Assembly (NCBI GenBank): GCA_963781745.1
Contig: CAWAHH010000015.1
Span: forward strand, 2,281 to 66,280
Reading direction: 5' to 3'
Origin: an uncultured Actinomycetota bacterium
Lineage (GTDB): Bacteria; Actinomycetota; Actinomycetes; Propionibacteriales; Nocardioidaceae
Length of the DNA stretch: 64,000 nucleotides
This document shows positions 18,365-27,965 of this stretch, in pieces. How positions within the stretch are numbered: the stretch's first letter is position 1; each line of letters starts with the position of its first letter. Position numbers and translations under genes: made by a program. Below the pieces are notes generated by a model. The model saw only the letters and a program-made list of their open reading frames with translations. It ran no database searches and was not told the DNA's origin.

Positions 18365-19830
18365 TGTTCCGCAACGACATGCCCCACGTCGAGGTGCTGT
18401 CCCCCGAGGCGATCGAGATCATCGAGGGCGGCTGGAGGCGGCTGGTCAGCGAGATCGGCATCGAGTTCCTGCACGACGAGGCGCTCGAGCTCCTCCGCTC
18501 GGCCGGCCAGCAGGTCGACGGCGAGGTGGTGCGCTTCGACCCCGACTGGGTCCTGGAGCAGGTCGCCCACGCCCCGAGCGAGTTCCACCTCCGGGCCCGC
18601 GACCCTCGCCACGACGTGACCATCGGCGGCCGCAACATGGTCTTCTCCTCGGTCTCCGGCCCGCCCTTCTTCAGGATCGGCGACGAGAGGCGGGACGGGA
18701 GCCTGGCGGACTACGAGCTGATGGCCAAGCTGGTGCACGCCTTCCCCGAGCTCGACCTCGTCACGATGCCGGTGATCGAGCCCGACGACTCGCCGCTGGA
18801 CTCCCGTCACCTCGACATGCTGCTCACCGCGACGAGGTCGACCTCCAAGCCGGTCTTCGGGTCCGCGCTGTCGACCGTCAACGCCGAGGACAGCATCGAG
18901 ATCGCCCGGATCATCCACGCCGGCCGGGACCTGTTCGTGCCGGGGAGCGGCGACGACCCCCGACCCACGACCTCGATCATGACGATCATCAACGTCAACT
19001 CGCCGCTGCGCTACGACACCCGGATGCTCGAGGCGCTGGTGGCGTACGCGAAGGCAGGACAGGCCGTCGTGGTGACGCCCTTCCTGCTGATGGGCGCGAT
19101 GTCCCCCGTCACGGTGCCCGCCGCACTGGCGCAGCAGACCGCGGAGGTCCTGACCGGCATCGCCCTGATGCAGCTGATCCGGCCAGGGGTGCCCGCCGTG
19201 ATGGGGTCGTTCCTGTCCTCCATCGACATGCAGTCGGGGTCCCCGAGCTTCGGCGGACCCGAGTCCGCGCAGGGCCTCTACGCCTCCGGCCAGCTGGCCC
19301 GGCGCTACGACCTGCCGTGGCGCGCCGGTGGCGGCGGCCTGACCTCGAGCCAGGTCGTCGACGCCCAGGCCGGCTACGAGTCGTTCAACACCCTCCAGGC
19401 CGCGTTCGGCGCGGGAGCCAACCTCGTCGTGCAGGCGGCGGGCTGGCTGGAGTCCGGACTGGTCTCGTGCCCCGAGAAGCTCGTCCTGGACATCGAGATC
19501 CTGCGCACGCTGCGCAGCCAGTTCACCCCGCTCGTCGTGGACGAGGAGTCGCTGGCGTTCGACGCGCACCAGGAGGTCGGGCACGGCGGCCACTTCCTGG
19601 GCGCGATGCACACCCTCGAGAGGTTCCGGGACTGCTTCTACCGGCCGCTGCTCGGCTCGACCGAGAACTTCGAGCGCTGGACCCGCAACGGCGCCCCCGA
19701 CGCCGCCGTCCGCGCGGGTCGGATCTGGCGGTCCACCCTCGAGGCGTACGACGCACCGCCGCTCGACCCCGATCTCGAGGAGCGGCTCACGTCGTTCGTC
19801 GCGAGGCGGCGCCGCGAGCTCGGGGACTGA
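18364..19830 (+). CDS. MttB superfamily (non-pyrrolysine) quaternary-amine methyltransferase
   Basis: TGATG coupling; INVNSPLRYD, TPFLLMGAMSPVT, DAQAGYES, AAGWLESGL; no in-frame TAG. Confidence 0.9.
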   Translation: MFRNDMPHVEVLSPEAIEIIEGGWRRLVSEIGIEFLHDEALELLRSAGQQVDGEVVRFDPDWVLEQVAHAPSEFHLRARDPRHDVTIGGRNMVFSSVSGPPFFRIGDERRDGSLADYELMAKLVHAFPELDLVTMPVIEPDDSPLDSRHLDMLLTATRSTSKPVFGSALSTVNAEDSIEIARIIHAGRDLFVPGSGDDPRPTTSIMTIINVNSPLRYDTRMLEALVAYAKAGQAVVVTPFLLMGAMSPVTVPAALAQQTAEVLTGIALMQLIRPGVPAVMGSFLSSIDMQSGSPSFGGPESAQGLYASGQLARRYDLPWRAGGGGLTSSQVVDAQAGYESFNTLQAAFGAGANLVVQAAGWLESGLVSCPEKLVLDIEILRTLRSQFTPLVVDEESLAFDAHQEVGHGGHFLGAMHTLERFRDCFYRPLLGSTENFERWTRNGAPDAAVRAGRIWRSTLEAYDAPPLDPDLEERLTSFVARRRRELGD

Positions 19831-19859
19831 CAGGGCGGCCTACCCCAGGGAAGCCGCGG

Positions 19860-21287
19860 TCAGTCGAGGTGGGCCATCCGCCGGAACAGCGGGTCGGTGA
19901 ACTCGGGGAGCGCCGCGTAGGTGGAGCGCAGGTCGGCGTACGCGGCCCGGGTCTCCGGCACGGGGTCGAAGACGCGGCCCGGACGGGTCATGGCCGCTGT
20001 CGCCGCCCCGAACCCCTCGTGCACGCCACTGCCCACGGCCGCACAGATCGCGGCGCCGACCACGACCGCGTCCGTGACCCCGGCCCGTCCGGCGGGTCGG
20101 CCGAACACGTCGGCGACGATCTGCATCATCAGGTCCGAGCCCGCGCCGCCACCGGAGACGAGCAGGCGCCCCGGTGACCTCCCCAGGGCCGCCTCCATGG
20201 CCTCGGTGTGTCCGGCCATGGTGAGGGCGATGCCCTCGAGGACGGCGCGGAAGAGGTGCGGCGCGCCGTGCGACCCCTGGAGCCCGAGGATCGCGCCGCG
20301 TCGGTGGCTGGCGTGCCCGGGTGCCAGCCAGTCCGGGACGACCATCAGCCCGTCGCAGCCTGCGGGGACCGCTGCGGCGTCGACCGTCAGCCGGTGCTGG
20401 AGGGCGTCCTCGTCCACCGTCCCCTGCGCCCCCGCGCTCACGAGCTGCCGGAGCCAGGTGACGGTCCACATCCCCCGGCGGATCCCGTCGCTCTCGAACA
20501 GCGTCCGTCCCGGGACAGCTGCGGCGTTGACCCAGTAGGCGTCGTCCCGGCCGCCCTCGTGGTCGTCGTGGTCGCCGACGGTCATCGCCGCGACGTAGGT
20601 GCCCAGCGACAGCAGGGAGGTGTCCGGGTCGTCGAGCCCGGCGCCGAGGGCCTCGACCGCCTTGTCGTTCGCGGTGGCGAAGACGGGGCACCCGGCCCGC
20701 AGCCCCGTCGCGGCCGCTGCGGCGGCGGTGACCGTGCCGAGCAGGGCACCCGGGTCGACGAGGTCGGGCAGCAGGCGACGCGGGAGGCCGGTCCGCGCGA
20801 GCTCGTCCGGGTGCGTCGACCAGTCGCGGGTCTGCGGGTCGATCGGCCACATCCCCTGGTAGCTGGCGGCGCTGTCCCGGCGCTCCCCGGTCAGCCGGAG
20901 CGTGAGGTACCCCCCGGCGCTGGCGACCGTGTGCACGGCCGGGTCGAGGTCCACGACCGGGGCTGAGACCCGGTCGTCCATCCAGCTCAGCACCGGCTCG
21001 GTCAGGCGTCCCGACCCGTCCATCAGGGCGCGGCAGTACCTGATGCTGCACAGGCCCACGGCCGTGATCGCTGCAGCGCCGCCCGGGAACGACGCCAGGA
21101 CGGTCCGGCAGGCGTCCACCAGGGTGTCCCACAGGTCGTCGCCCGGGTGCACCGCGCGACCGCCGGGGCCGAGCCGGTAGGCCTGCAACGGCGTCCGGCC
21201 CGAGGCGTGCACGCGTCCGGTGTCGTCGACCACGGAGACCTTGGTGCTCTGCGACCCGCCGTCGATGGCCAGGAAGTACGCCGTCAC
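19860..21287 (-). CDS. FGGY-family sugar/polyol kinase (YgcE-like)
   Basis: LAIDGGSQSTK, SWMDDR, NDKAVEALGAG, SLGTY, RAVLEGIA, SGGGAGSD. Confidence 0.9.
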   Translation of the reverse strand: MTAYFLAIDGGSQSTKVSVVDDTGRVHASGRTPLQAYRLGPGGRAVHPGDDLWDTLVDACRTVLASFPGGAAAITAVGLCSIRYCRALMDGSGRLTEPVLSWMDDRVSAPVVDLDPAVHTVASAGGYLTLRLTGERRDSAASYQGMWPIDPQTRDWSTHPDELARTGLPRRLLPDLVDPGALLGTVTAAAAAATGLRAGCPVFATANDKAVEALGAGLDDPDTSLLSLGTYVAAMTVGDHDDHEGGRDDAYWVNAAAVPGRTLFESDGIRRGMWTVTWLRQLVSAGAQGTVDEDALQHRLTVDAAAVPAGCDGLMVVPDWLAPGHASHRRGAILGLQGSHGAPHLFRAVLEGIALTMAGHTEAMEAALGRSPGRLLVSGGGAGSDLMMQIVADVFGRPAGRAGVTDAVVVGAAICAAVGSGVHEGFGAATAAMTRPGRVFDPVPETRAAYADLRSTYAALPEFTDPLFRRMAHLD

Positions 21288-22801
21288 GGCGACCCGTGGC
21301 CGGAGCGCCCCGGGAGCTCCGAGCGGACGGGCAGACCGTCGTCGCCGAGCGGGAAGAGCGTGCCCGGGTTCATGACGGAGTGCGGGTCGAAGGTCGCCTT
21401 CAGCCCGGCCAGCAGCCACCAGGCGCTGCCGTGCTCCTGCTCCACCCAGGGAGTGCGGTACTTCCCGACGCCGTGGTGGTGGACCATCGAGCCGCCGACC
21501 CGTAGGGCCTCCTCGACGACGATCGCGTTGAGCGGCTTGTGGTAGAGCTCGATCTCCTCGCGCGGCTCGCAGTCGATCGCGTAGTCGTAGACGAAGTAGA
21601 GGTTCGTCCCCGTCTGGTACGAGTGGGAGGAGTGCGCGCCGAGGAGGTCCAGGTCGCCCGCCCGGGGGAAGGTCGTCCGGATGCGCGTCATCACGGCGTC
21701 GTACAGCTCGGCGGTGCGCGACCAGTCCACCGACACCTCCGTGGTGTAGCCGAGGTGGGCGTCGGCCAACATGGCCGCCTTCTCCGCCTCGATCCTGTCC
21801 GGCCCCCAGTTGAGGGCCTCGAACCACTGCCGGATCCGTTCCTCCGGGACGCGGGTGTGCTCGACCCGGGCCGCGGCCTCCTCGATCGCCTGGCGCGTCG
21901 CCTCCACCAGAGGGGGCGGGCCCTCCGCGGTCAGGACCACCAGGCTCCGGTCCATCGGATGGTCCGGGAAGTGCTGGCGTGCGTCCTCGGGCGAGTAGGC
22001 GCGCGCGACCGACGGCCGGTAGCCCGCGGTGACCACCTCGCGCAGCACCTGGACGGCGTCCCCGAAGGACGGCGTCAGCAGGCCGACGTAGCGGATCCCG
22101 TCGGCACGCCAGGGGAAGAGCTTGAGGGTCACCTCCGTCACGTAGGCCAGTGCTCCCTCGTTGCCGATGACCAGGTGCCGGACGTCCGGACCCGCGGCCC
22201 GGCGGGGGACGTTCTTCACCCGGGCGACGCGGCCTCCGGCGAAGACGGCCTCGAGACCGACGACGAGGTCCTCGATCGCGCCGTACAGCGTGGAGAACTG
22301 ACCGATGGAGCGCGTGGACACCAGGCCGCCGAGCTGGGCTATCGGCTTGGACTGCGGCGAGTGCCCGGTCGTGAGCCCGCGCTCGCGCAGCGTGTCCTCC
22401 AGACGCTGCAGGGGCGTGCCGCACTGCGCGGTCACCATCATGTTGTCGGCGTCGATCCGCAGGATCCGGTCCATCCGGGAGCCGTCGACGACCAGGGAGT
22501 CGGCGACCACCGTCTCGAGCCCGCCCTCGGTGCTCGTCCCCCCGGAGCGCGGCACGACCGCCACCAGCTCGCGGTCTGCGAACGCGAGCAGGTCGGCGAC
22601 CTGCTCCGTCGACGTCGGGAAGACGATCGCCGCCGGCTGCGGGCCGTCGAAGATGCCGTGCACGGCGGTGTACTTGCGGAACCGGTCGACGCTGCCGAGC
22701 CGGAGCCGCTGCTCGTCGGTGTCCACCTGGTCGGGACCGAGGAGGTCGGTGACCGCCGCGACGATGTCGGACCGGCTGAGGGAGGAACGGGACGCGACCA
22801 T
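21284..22801 (-). CDS. FAD-linked oxidase, alkyl-DHAP synthase-like (YgcU-like)
   Basis: GHSPQSKPIAQLGGLVSTRSIGQFSTLYG, PRRAAGPD, HSSHSY, SMVHHHGVGK. Confidence 0.88.
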   Translation of the reverse strand: MVASRSSLSRSDIVAAVTDLLGPDQVDTDEQRLRLGSVDRFRKYTAVHGIFDGPQPAAIVFPTSTEQVADLLAFADRELVAVVPRSGGTSTEGGLETVVADSLVVDGSRMDRILRIDADNMMVTAQCGTPLQRLEDTLRERGLTTGHSPQSKPIAQLGGLVSTRSIGQFSTLYGAIEDLVVGLEAVFAGGRVARVKNVPRRAAGPDVRHLVIGNEGALAYVTEVTLKLFPWRADGIRYVGLLTPSFGDAVQVLREVVTAGYRPSVARAYSPEDARQHFPDHPMDRSLVVLTAEGPPPLVEATRQAIEEAAARVEHTRVPEERIRQWFEALNWGPDRIEAEKAAMLADAHLGYTTEVSVDWSRTAELYDAVMTRIRTTFPRAGDLDLLGAHSSHSYQTGTNLYFVYDYAIDCEPREEIELYHKPLNAIVVEEALRVGGSMVHHHGVGKYRTPWVEQEHGSAWWLLAGLKATFDPHSVMNPGTLFPLGDDGLPVRSELPGRSGHGSP

Positions 22802-22841
22802 CGGTGGTTCCCTTCGCGGGTGGGTGCTGGTGAGGAGGGTC

Positions 22842-23621
22842 TCAGCGGACGAGGTAGCCGCCGTCGACGACGAGCACCTGGCCGTTCACGTAGTCCGAGG
22901 CCGCCGAGGCCAGGAAGACGACGGCACCCATCAGGTCCGCCGGATCACCCCACCGACCCGCCGGGATGTGCTCGACGACGCGTCGTGCCGTCTCCGGGTC
23001 CGCACGGGTGGCTGCGGTGATAGCGGTCGCGAAGTACCCCGGTGCGACGGCGTTGACCTGGACGTTGTGCTCGGCGAGCTCGTCGCAGAAGGCGCGGGTG
23101 AAGCCGACGATGCCGGCCTTGCTGGCGGCGTACGCCGGAGAGTGGCGGCCGCCGAGGAACGAGAACAGGGAGGCGATGTTGATGATCTTGCCGCGGCGCC
23201 GGGCGACCATCTCCCGGCTCGCGTGGTGGGCGAGCTCGAAGGCGGCGGTCAGGTTGACGGCGATCATCGGGTCCCACCTCGACCGGTCGAAGTCGGCCAC
23301 GTCGGCGGTCAGGCAGATCCCCGCGGAGTTGACCAGGATGTCGATGCCGCCGAGGTCGGCGACGCACCGCGCCACGCTGTCGGCCGGGGCGCCGGGGCGC
23401 ACGAGGTCGTCCTCGTGGAAGAGGAAGCGCCGCCCGCTGCCGGTCACCAGTCGTTCGGTCGTCCCGTCGTCGTCGGCCTGGCTGGTGACCATGACGTCCG
23501 CCCCGGCACGCGCCAGGGCCACGCTGAACGCACGTCCGAGGCCGGAGTTGCCACCGGTCACCAGCGCCCGCCTGCCCGCAAGGGAGAACGCGTCGAGGGT
23601 GAAGTCCGCGATGTCGCTCAC
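22842..23621 (-). CDS. SDR oxidoreductase (YgcW/KduD-like)
   Basis: TGGNSGLG, NSAG, YAASK, VNAVAPG, VDGGYL. Confidence 0.9.
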   Translation of the reverse strand: MSDIADFTLDAFSLAGRRALVTGGNSGLGRAFSVALARAGADVMVTSQADDDGTTERLVTGSGRRFLFHEDDLVRPGAPADSVARCVADLGGIDILVNSAGICLTADVADFDRSRWDPMIAVNLTAAFELAHHASREMVARRRGKIINIASLFSFLGGRHSPAYAASKAGIVGFTRAFCDELAEHNVQVNAVAPGYFATAITAATRADPETARRVVEHIPAGRWGDPADLMGAVVFLASAASDYVNGQVLVVDGGYLVR

Positions 23622-23761
23622 GACGGGACGTCGACCCGGGCCACGATCATGGCGCAGGCTATCGCGCGGCCACTGCGGCGGCCACCGATCGACGCGTTCG
23701 AGGGGGTTGCCAACGCGATGAAAGGTCGTATGGTGTCGTCAAACCGAGTCGAAAGGCCCTC

Positions 23762-24421
23762 GTGGACGCCCTCAAGACGTGGCTCACGTACGTCAGTGAC
23801 AACCAATCCTTCATCATCGAAGCAGTCCTGCAGCACACTCGGATCGTCCTCATCGTCGTCGTGGCGGCCACCCTCACCTCGATCGTGCTCGGTGTGCTGG
23901 TGCAGAACCGGCCGACGCTCAAGGCCGTCGTCCTCGCGGTCACCGGCATCTTCTTGACGATCCCCTCCCTGGCGCTGTTCGCGCTGTTCATCCCGCTCGT
24001 CGGCATCGGCAACCCGCCGGCGATGCTGGCGCTGTACCTCTACGCACTGCTGCCCGTCCTGCGCAACACCGTGGCAGGTCTCGAGGGGGTGAGCCCGGCC
24101 ATCGTCGAGTCCGCCAAGGGCATGGGGATGACCGGCTTCCAGCAGCTGGTCAGGGTGCGGCTCCCGCTGGCCTGGCCGGTCATGATGGCGGGCGTGCGGA
24201 TCTCCACCCTGCTGACCGTCGGCGTCGCAGCCATCGCTCCGCTGGTCGGCGGCGACGGCCTCGGCATCTACATCCAGCAGGGTCTGACCCGGCTGGGACT
24301 GCCCAACGCGATCGAGTCGGTCTGGGTGGGGATCGTGTTCACGGTCGCCCTCGGTCTCGTGCTCGACGCGGTGCTGGGCCTCTTCGAACGTCTGACCACG
24401 CCGTCCGGACTTCGCTCCTGA
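23762..24421 (+). CDS. Osmoprotectant (Opu/ProU) ABC permease
   Basis: TIPSLALF; ESAKGMGMT EAA loop. Confidence 0.9.
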   Translation: MDALKTWLTYVSDNQSFIIEAVLQHTRIVLIVVVAATLTSIVLGVLVQNRPTLKAVVLAVTGIFLTIPSLALFALFIPLVGIGNPPAMLALYLYALLPVLRNTVAGLEGVSPAIVESAKGMGMTGFQQLVRVRLPLAWPVMMAGVRISTLLTVGVAAIAPLVGGDGLGIYIQQGLTRLGLPNAIESVWVGIVFTVALGLVLDAVLGLFERLTTPSGLRS

Positions 24422-24458
24422 TGAGCGCCGTCTCCCTGCGCTCCACCGAGAGGAACCG

Positions 24459-25616
24459 ATGAATCCCCAGCCGAAGATCCGTCTGGAGGGCGTGGGCAAG
24501 ACCTACCCGGGCACCAAGATCGCCGCCGTCGAGGAGCTCACGCTGGACGTCCACGAGGGCGAGATCCTCGTCCTGGTCGGGCCGTCCGGCTGTGGCAAGA
24601 GCACGACGCTCCGGCTGATCAACCGGATGATCGAGCCCAGCAGCGGCCGCATCCTGCTCGACGGTGAGGACGTCACCAAGGTCAACCCCGACAAGCTGCG
24701 CCGCCGGATCGGCTACGTCATCCAGCAGATCGGCCTGTTCCCGCACCAGACCATCGCCCAGAACATCGGGACCGTGCCCAAGATGCTGGGCTGGGACAAG
24801 GAGAAGACCAAGGCGGCCACCGAGCGTCTCCTCGCCACGGTCGGCCTGGACCCGGATCGGTATCGCGACCGCTACCCCAAGGAGCTGTCGGGCGGGCAGG
24901 CCCAGCGGGTGGGAGTCGCGCGCGCCCTGGGCGCCGACCCCGACATCATGTTGATGGACGAGCCCTTCGGCGCCATCGACCCGATCACCCGCGACCGCCT
25001 CCAGAACGAGTTCCTCCGACTCCAGAGCGAGCTGCGCAAGACGATCGTCTTCGTCACCCACGACATCGACGAGGCCATCAAGATGGGCGACCGGATCGCC
25101 ATCCTCGGTGAGCGCAGCGTGATCCGGCAGTGCGACACCCCGGAGCGGATCCTGGCCTACCCGGTCGACGACTTCGTCAACGACTTCATCGGCAACGGCT
25201 CGACGATCAAGGGCCTGAACTTCCTCAAGGTGGGCTCGCTGGTGCTCACCGACTACCCGACGGTGGTCTCCGGCGCAGCGGGCGCGCCCGCTGCCGCCAC
25301 GCTGCGCGAGAGCGGGTCCGACTGGGCCGTCGAGGTCGACGAGGACGGCAGGCCCACGCGGTGGCTCAACGTCGAGCAGATCGACGGCGGAGCGGTCGAG
25401 GGCCAGGGCGAGGAGGTGCAGAACCCGCTGCACACCCACGACACGCTCTTCCACGCGCTCGAGCAGATGGTGCAGAGCGAGTCCGGGATGACCTGCGTCG
25501 TCGACGACGACGAGCGGTTCCAGGGCGTCATCCAGATGACCGACCTCGCGAAGGCCATCCGGCGCGCCCAGTACGAAGCACGCCGGCACTACGAGGACCT
25601 GGAGATGAACGCGTGA
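24459..25616 (+). CDS. Osmoprotectant ABC ATPase with CBS-like C-terminus
   Basis: GPSGCGKST, LSGGQAQR, LMDEPFGAIDP. Confidence 0.93.
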   Translation: MNPQPKIRLEGVGKTYPGTKIAAVEELTLDVHEGEILVLVGPSGCGKSTTLRLINRMIEPSSGRILLDGEDVTKVNPDKLRRRIGYVIQQIGLFPHQTIAQNIGTVPKMLGWDKEKTKAATERLLATVGLDPDRYRDRYPKELSGGQAQRVGVARALGADPDIMLMDEPFGAIDPITRDRLQNEFLRLQSELRKTIVFVTHDIDEAIKMGDRIAILGERSVIRQCDTPERILAYPVDDFVNDFIGNGSTIKGLNFLKVGSLVLTDYPTVVSGAAGAPAAATLRESGSDWAVEVDEDGRPTRWLNVEQIDGGAVEGQGEEVQNPLHTHDTLFHALEQMVQSESGMTCVVDDDERFQGVIQMTDLAKAIRRAQYEARRHYEDLEMNA

Positions 25617-26458
25617 GTGCGCTGGGCAGCGCGCCGATCACGCAGGCGGTCGGCGGCGACCCCGCGGTCGGCGCCGCCCCGGGTGCCGGCGGTCCGTCGG
25701 CTCGCGAGCGCAGGGCTGCCCGCATGGTGCGGACCGCGGGTCTGTTCACGGCTCCGATCCTGATCGCCGCCCTGGGTGGGGTGCTGTGGCTCTACTACCA
25801 GTCGCTCGACCTCGAGAACGCCAACCGGCAGCAGCGCTCCGCGCTGGACTGGTCGACCAAGCTGTGGCCGCAGACGCTCGACATCATCAACATCGCGTTC
25901 CTGTCGACCGCGCTGGTGATCGTGATCGCGGTCCCGCTCGGCATCGTCCTCACCCGCTCGTGGGCCCGCCGCATCGCGCCGCCGATCCTCGCGGTCGCCA
26001 ACGCCGGCCAGGCGGTCCCGGCCTACGGTCTGCTCGTCGCGTTCCTCGGCATCACCGGCCAGGGCACCAGCACCGTGATCTACGCGCTGGCGCTCTACGC
26101 CATCCTGCCGGTGCTGCGCAACACCATGGTCGGGCTCGACGGCGTCGACCGCAACGTGATCGAGGCCGGCCGGGGGATGGGCATGACCAAGGTCGGCGTG
26201 CTGACGAGGATCGAGATGCCGCTGGCCGTCCCCATCATCGTCGCCGGTGTGCGCACCTCCATGATCATCAACATCGGCATGGCGACCCTCGCGTTCCTCA
26301 TCGGGGGCGGTGGCCTCGGCATCACGATCAGCTCGGGCCTGAAGCTCAACCAGAACTCGGTGCTGATCGTCGGCGCCGTCCTCGTCGCCATCGTGGCCCT
26401 GACCTTCGACTGGCTGGGCGCGGTCGCCGAGCGGTACCTGCGTCCGCGCGGCATCTGA
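25613..26458 (+). CDS. Osmoprotectant ABC permease
   Basis: GTGA overlap; GQAVPAYGLL; EAGRGMGMT. Confidence 0.9.
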   Translation: MSALGSAPITQAVGGDPAVGAAPGAGGPSARERRAARMVRTAGLFTAPILIAALGGVLWLYYQSLDLENANRQQRSALDWSTKLWPQTLDIINIAFLSTALVIVIAVPLGIVLTRSWARRIAPPILAVANAGQAVPAYGLLVAFLGITGQGTSTVIYALALYAILPVLRNTMVGLDGVDRNVIEAGRGMGMTKVGVLTRIEMPLAVPIIVAGVRTSMIINIGMATLAFLIGGGGLGITISSGLKLNQNSVLIVGAVLVAIVALTFDWLGAVAERYLRPRGI

Positions 26459-26555
26459 CGAGAGCGGGCTCCCGCCCGTCGGATTGCACCGACGACGACG
26501 GCGCCGCCGGATCATCGATCCGGCGGCGCCGTCGTGTGTGCTGCGGCCCGGCCGA

Positions 26556-26579
26556 GCCGGCCGCTCGGGAGCGGCCGGC
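26556..26579. terminator. GC hairpin between convergent genes
   Basis: GCCGGCCGCTC-GG-GAGCGGCCGGC. Confidence 0.55.
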
Positions 26580-26593
26580 CGGGGGCGGGTGGA

Positions 26594-27538
26594 TCAGATG
26601 ATGCCCTGGTCCTTGAGGTAGTCCTCGGCGACCTTGTCGGCCGGGGTGCCGTTGACGTCGACCTGAGCGTTGAGCTCGGCCATCTTGTCGTTGTCGAGCG
26701 GCTTGAGGATGTCGTCGGCGATCTTGTCGTAGACGTCGGCGTGCTTGGAGTACTCGTCGTTCTTCATGGTGAAGGACACGTTGTAGACGATGAACACGCC
26801 CGGGTCCTCCACCAGGGACAGCTTCAGCCCGGTGATGCGGCCGTCGGTCGTGAAGACCTCGCCGAAGTCGCAGGAGCCCTTGCCGGTCTGGGTGTAGATC
26901 AGGCCGGTGTCGAGGATCTGGGTCTGGGAGGCGGGGATCTTGTAGCCGGTCGCCTTCTCGAACAGGATCAGGCCGTCCGGGCGGTCCGGGAACTCGGTCT
27001 CCATGCAGACCTTCGCCGACGGGTTCGCCTTGAGGTAGTCGGCCATCCCCTGCAGGTCGAAGGAGCCTCCGTTGTCCTTCGCCAGGTCCGGGTTGGCGGC
27101 GAATCCGTACGTGTCGTTGAACGGCGACGATCCGAACCACTTGACGCCGTTCTTCTCGAGGTCCTCGGCCGCGACCTTGTCGAAGAGCTCCTTCGAGTCC
27201 TTGGACGGGTTGTCGTGCTTGAGGTAGACCGTCCAGCCGGTGCCGTTGTACTCCGGCGTGACGTCGATGCGGCCGGCGAGCAGGGCGGACCGGTTCACCG
27301 AGCTGCCGCCCAGGTTGGTCTTGTCGCTGACCTCGGCCCCGTTGGCCTCGAGTGCCTTGATGAACATCTTGCCCAGCAGGATGTTCTCGGTGAAGTCCTT
27401 GCTCGCCACCGTGAGGCTGACGCCCTTCAGGTCGGAGCTGGCACTTCCGGTGCCGCTGCCCCCGCCTCCGCAGCCCGCCACGCCCAGGGAGAGGGCGAGG
27501 GCGGTGCCCGCGGTGAGGAGCTTCTTCGTCGTACGCAT
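26594..27538 (-). CDS. Glycine betaine/choline ABC substrate-binding lipoprotein
   Basis: Lipobox VAGC; SKDFTENILLG; PEYNGTG; FNDTYG; VFTTDGRI. Confidence 0.92.
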   Translation of the reverse strand: MRTTKKLLTAGTALALSLGVAGCGGGGSGTGSASSDLKGVSLTVASKDFTENILLGKMFIKALEANGAEVSDKTNLGGSSVNRSALLAGRIDVTPEYNGTGWTVYLKHDNPSKDSKELFDKVAAEDLEKNGVKWFGSSPFNDTYGFAANPDLAKDNGGSFDLQGMADYLKANPSAKVCMETEFPDRPDGLILFEKATGYKIPASQTQILDTGLIYTQTGKGSCDFGEVFTTDGRITGLKLSLVEDPGVFIVYNVSFTMKNDEYSKHADVYDKIADDILKPLDNDKMAELNAQVDVNGTPADKVAEDYLKDQGII

Positions 27539-27965
27539 GTTTTGTTGTCCTTCGCTCGGTGTCAGGGCGTCCACCCGCCAACGTCCGTCGGGTACGGGAA
27601 CGGGTGCGAAGCAAGCACCCCTCGCGCCATCGCCGGGCTGGTCCGCCGTGGGTTCTGTCGTCGTGGCCGTCGGCGACGTCGATCGTGATCCAGCGGGAGG
27701 GTCTCGGGCGCCCCCCCTCCCGATGGCGATGACTCGACCCTTTCGAGCGTCCGTCGCGGGCCTCGGCCAGATGACCCCACGGTGTGACTCGGACGACTGC
27801 GAGAATAGGTTTGCACTATTGGCCTGTCAACAGACATGCACGTCCCATGGGCGGCGCGCCCGGAGCGTGTCCAGCCGCTGGTCGCGATCGTCAACAGGGG
27901 TTGCACGGATCCGTGCAGGACTTGGTTGTTGTTCTCCCGGCGCTCCCGGCCGCAGACTCGGAGGC

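Noticed and set aside
18364-19830. Pyrrolysine recoding in MttB
   Set aside because: No in-frame TAG and no pyl genes in the window.
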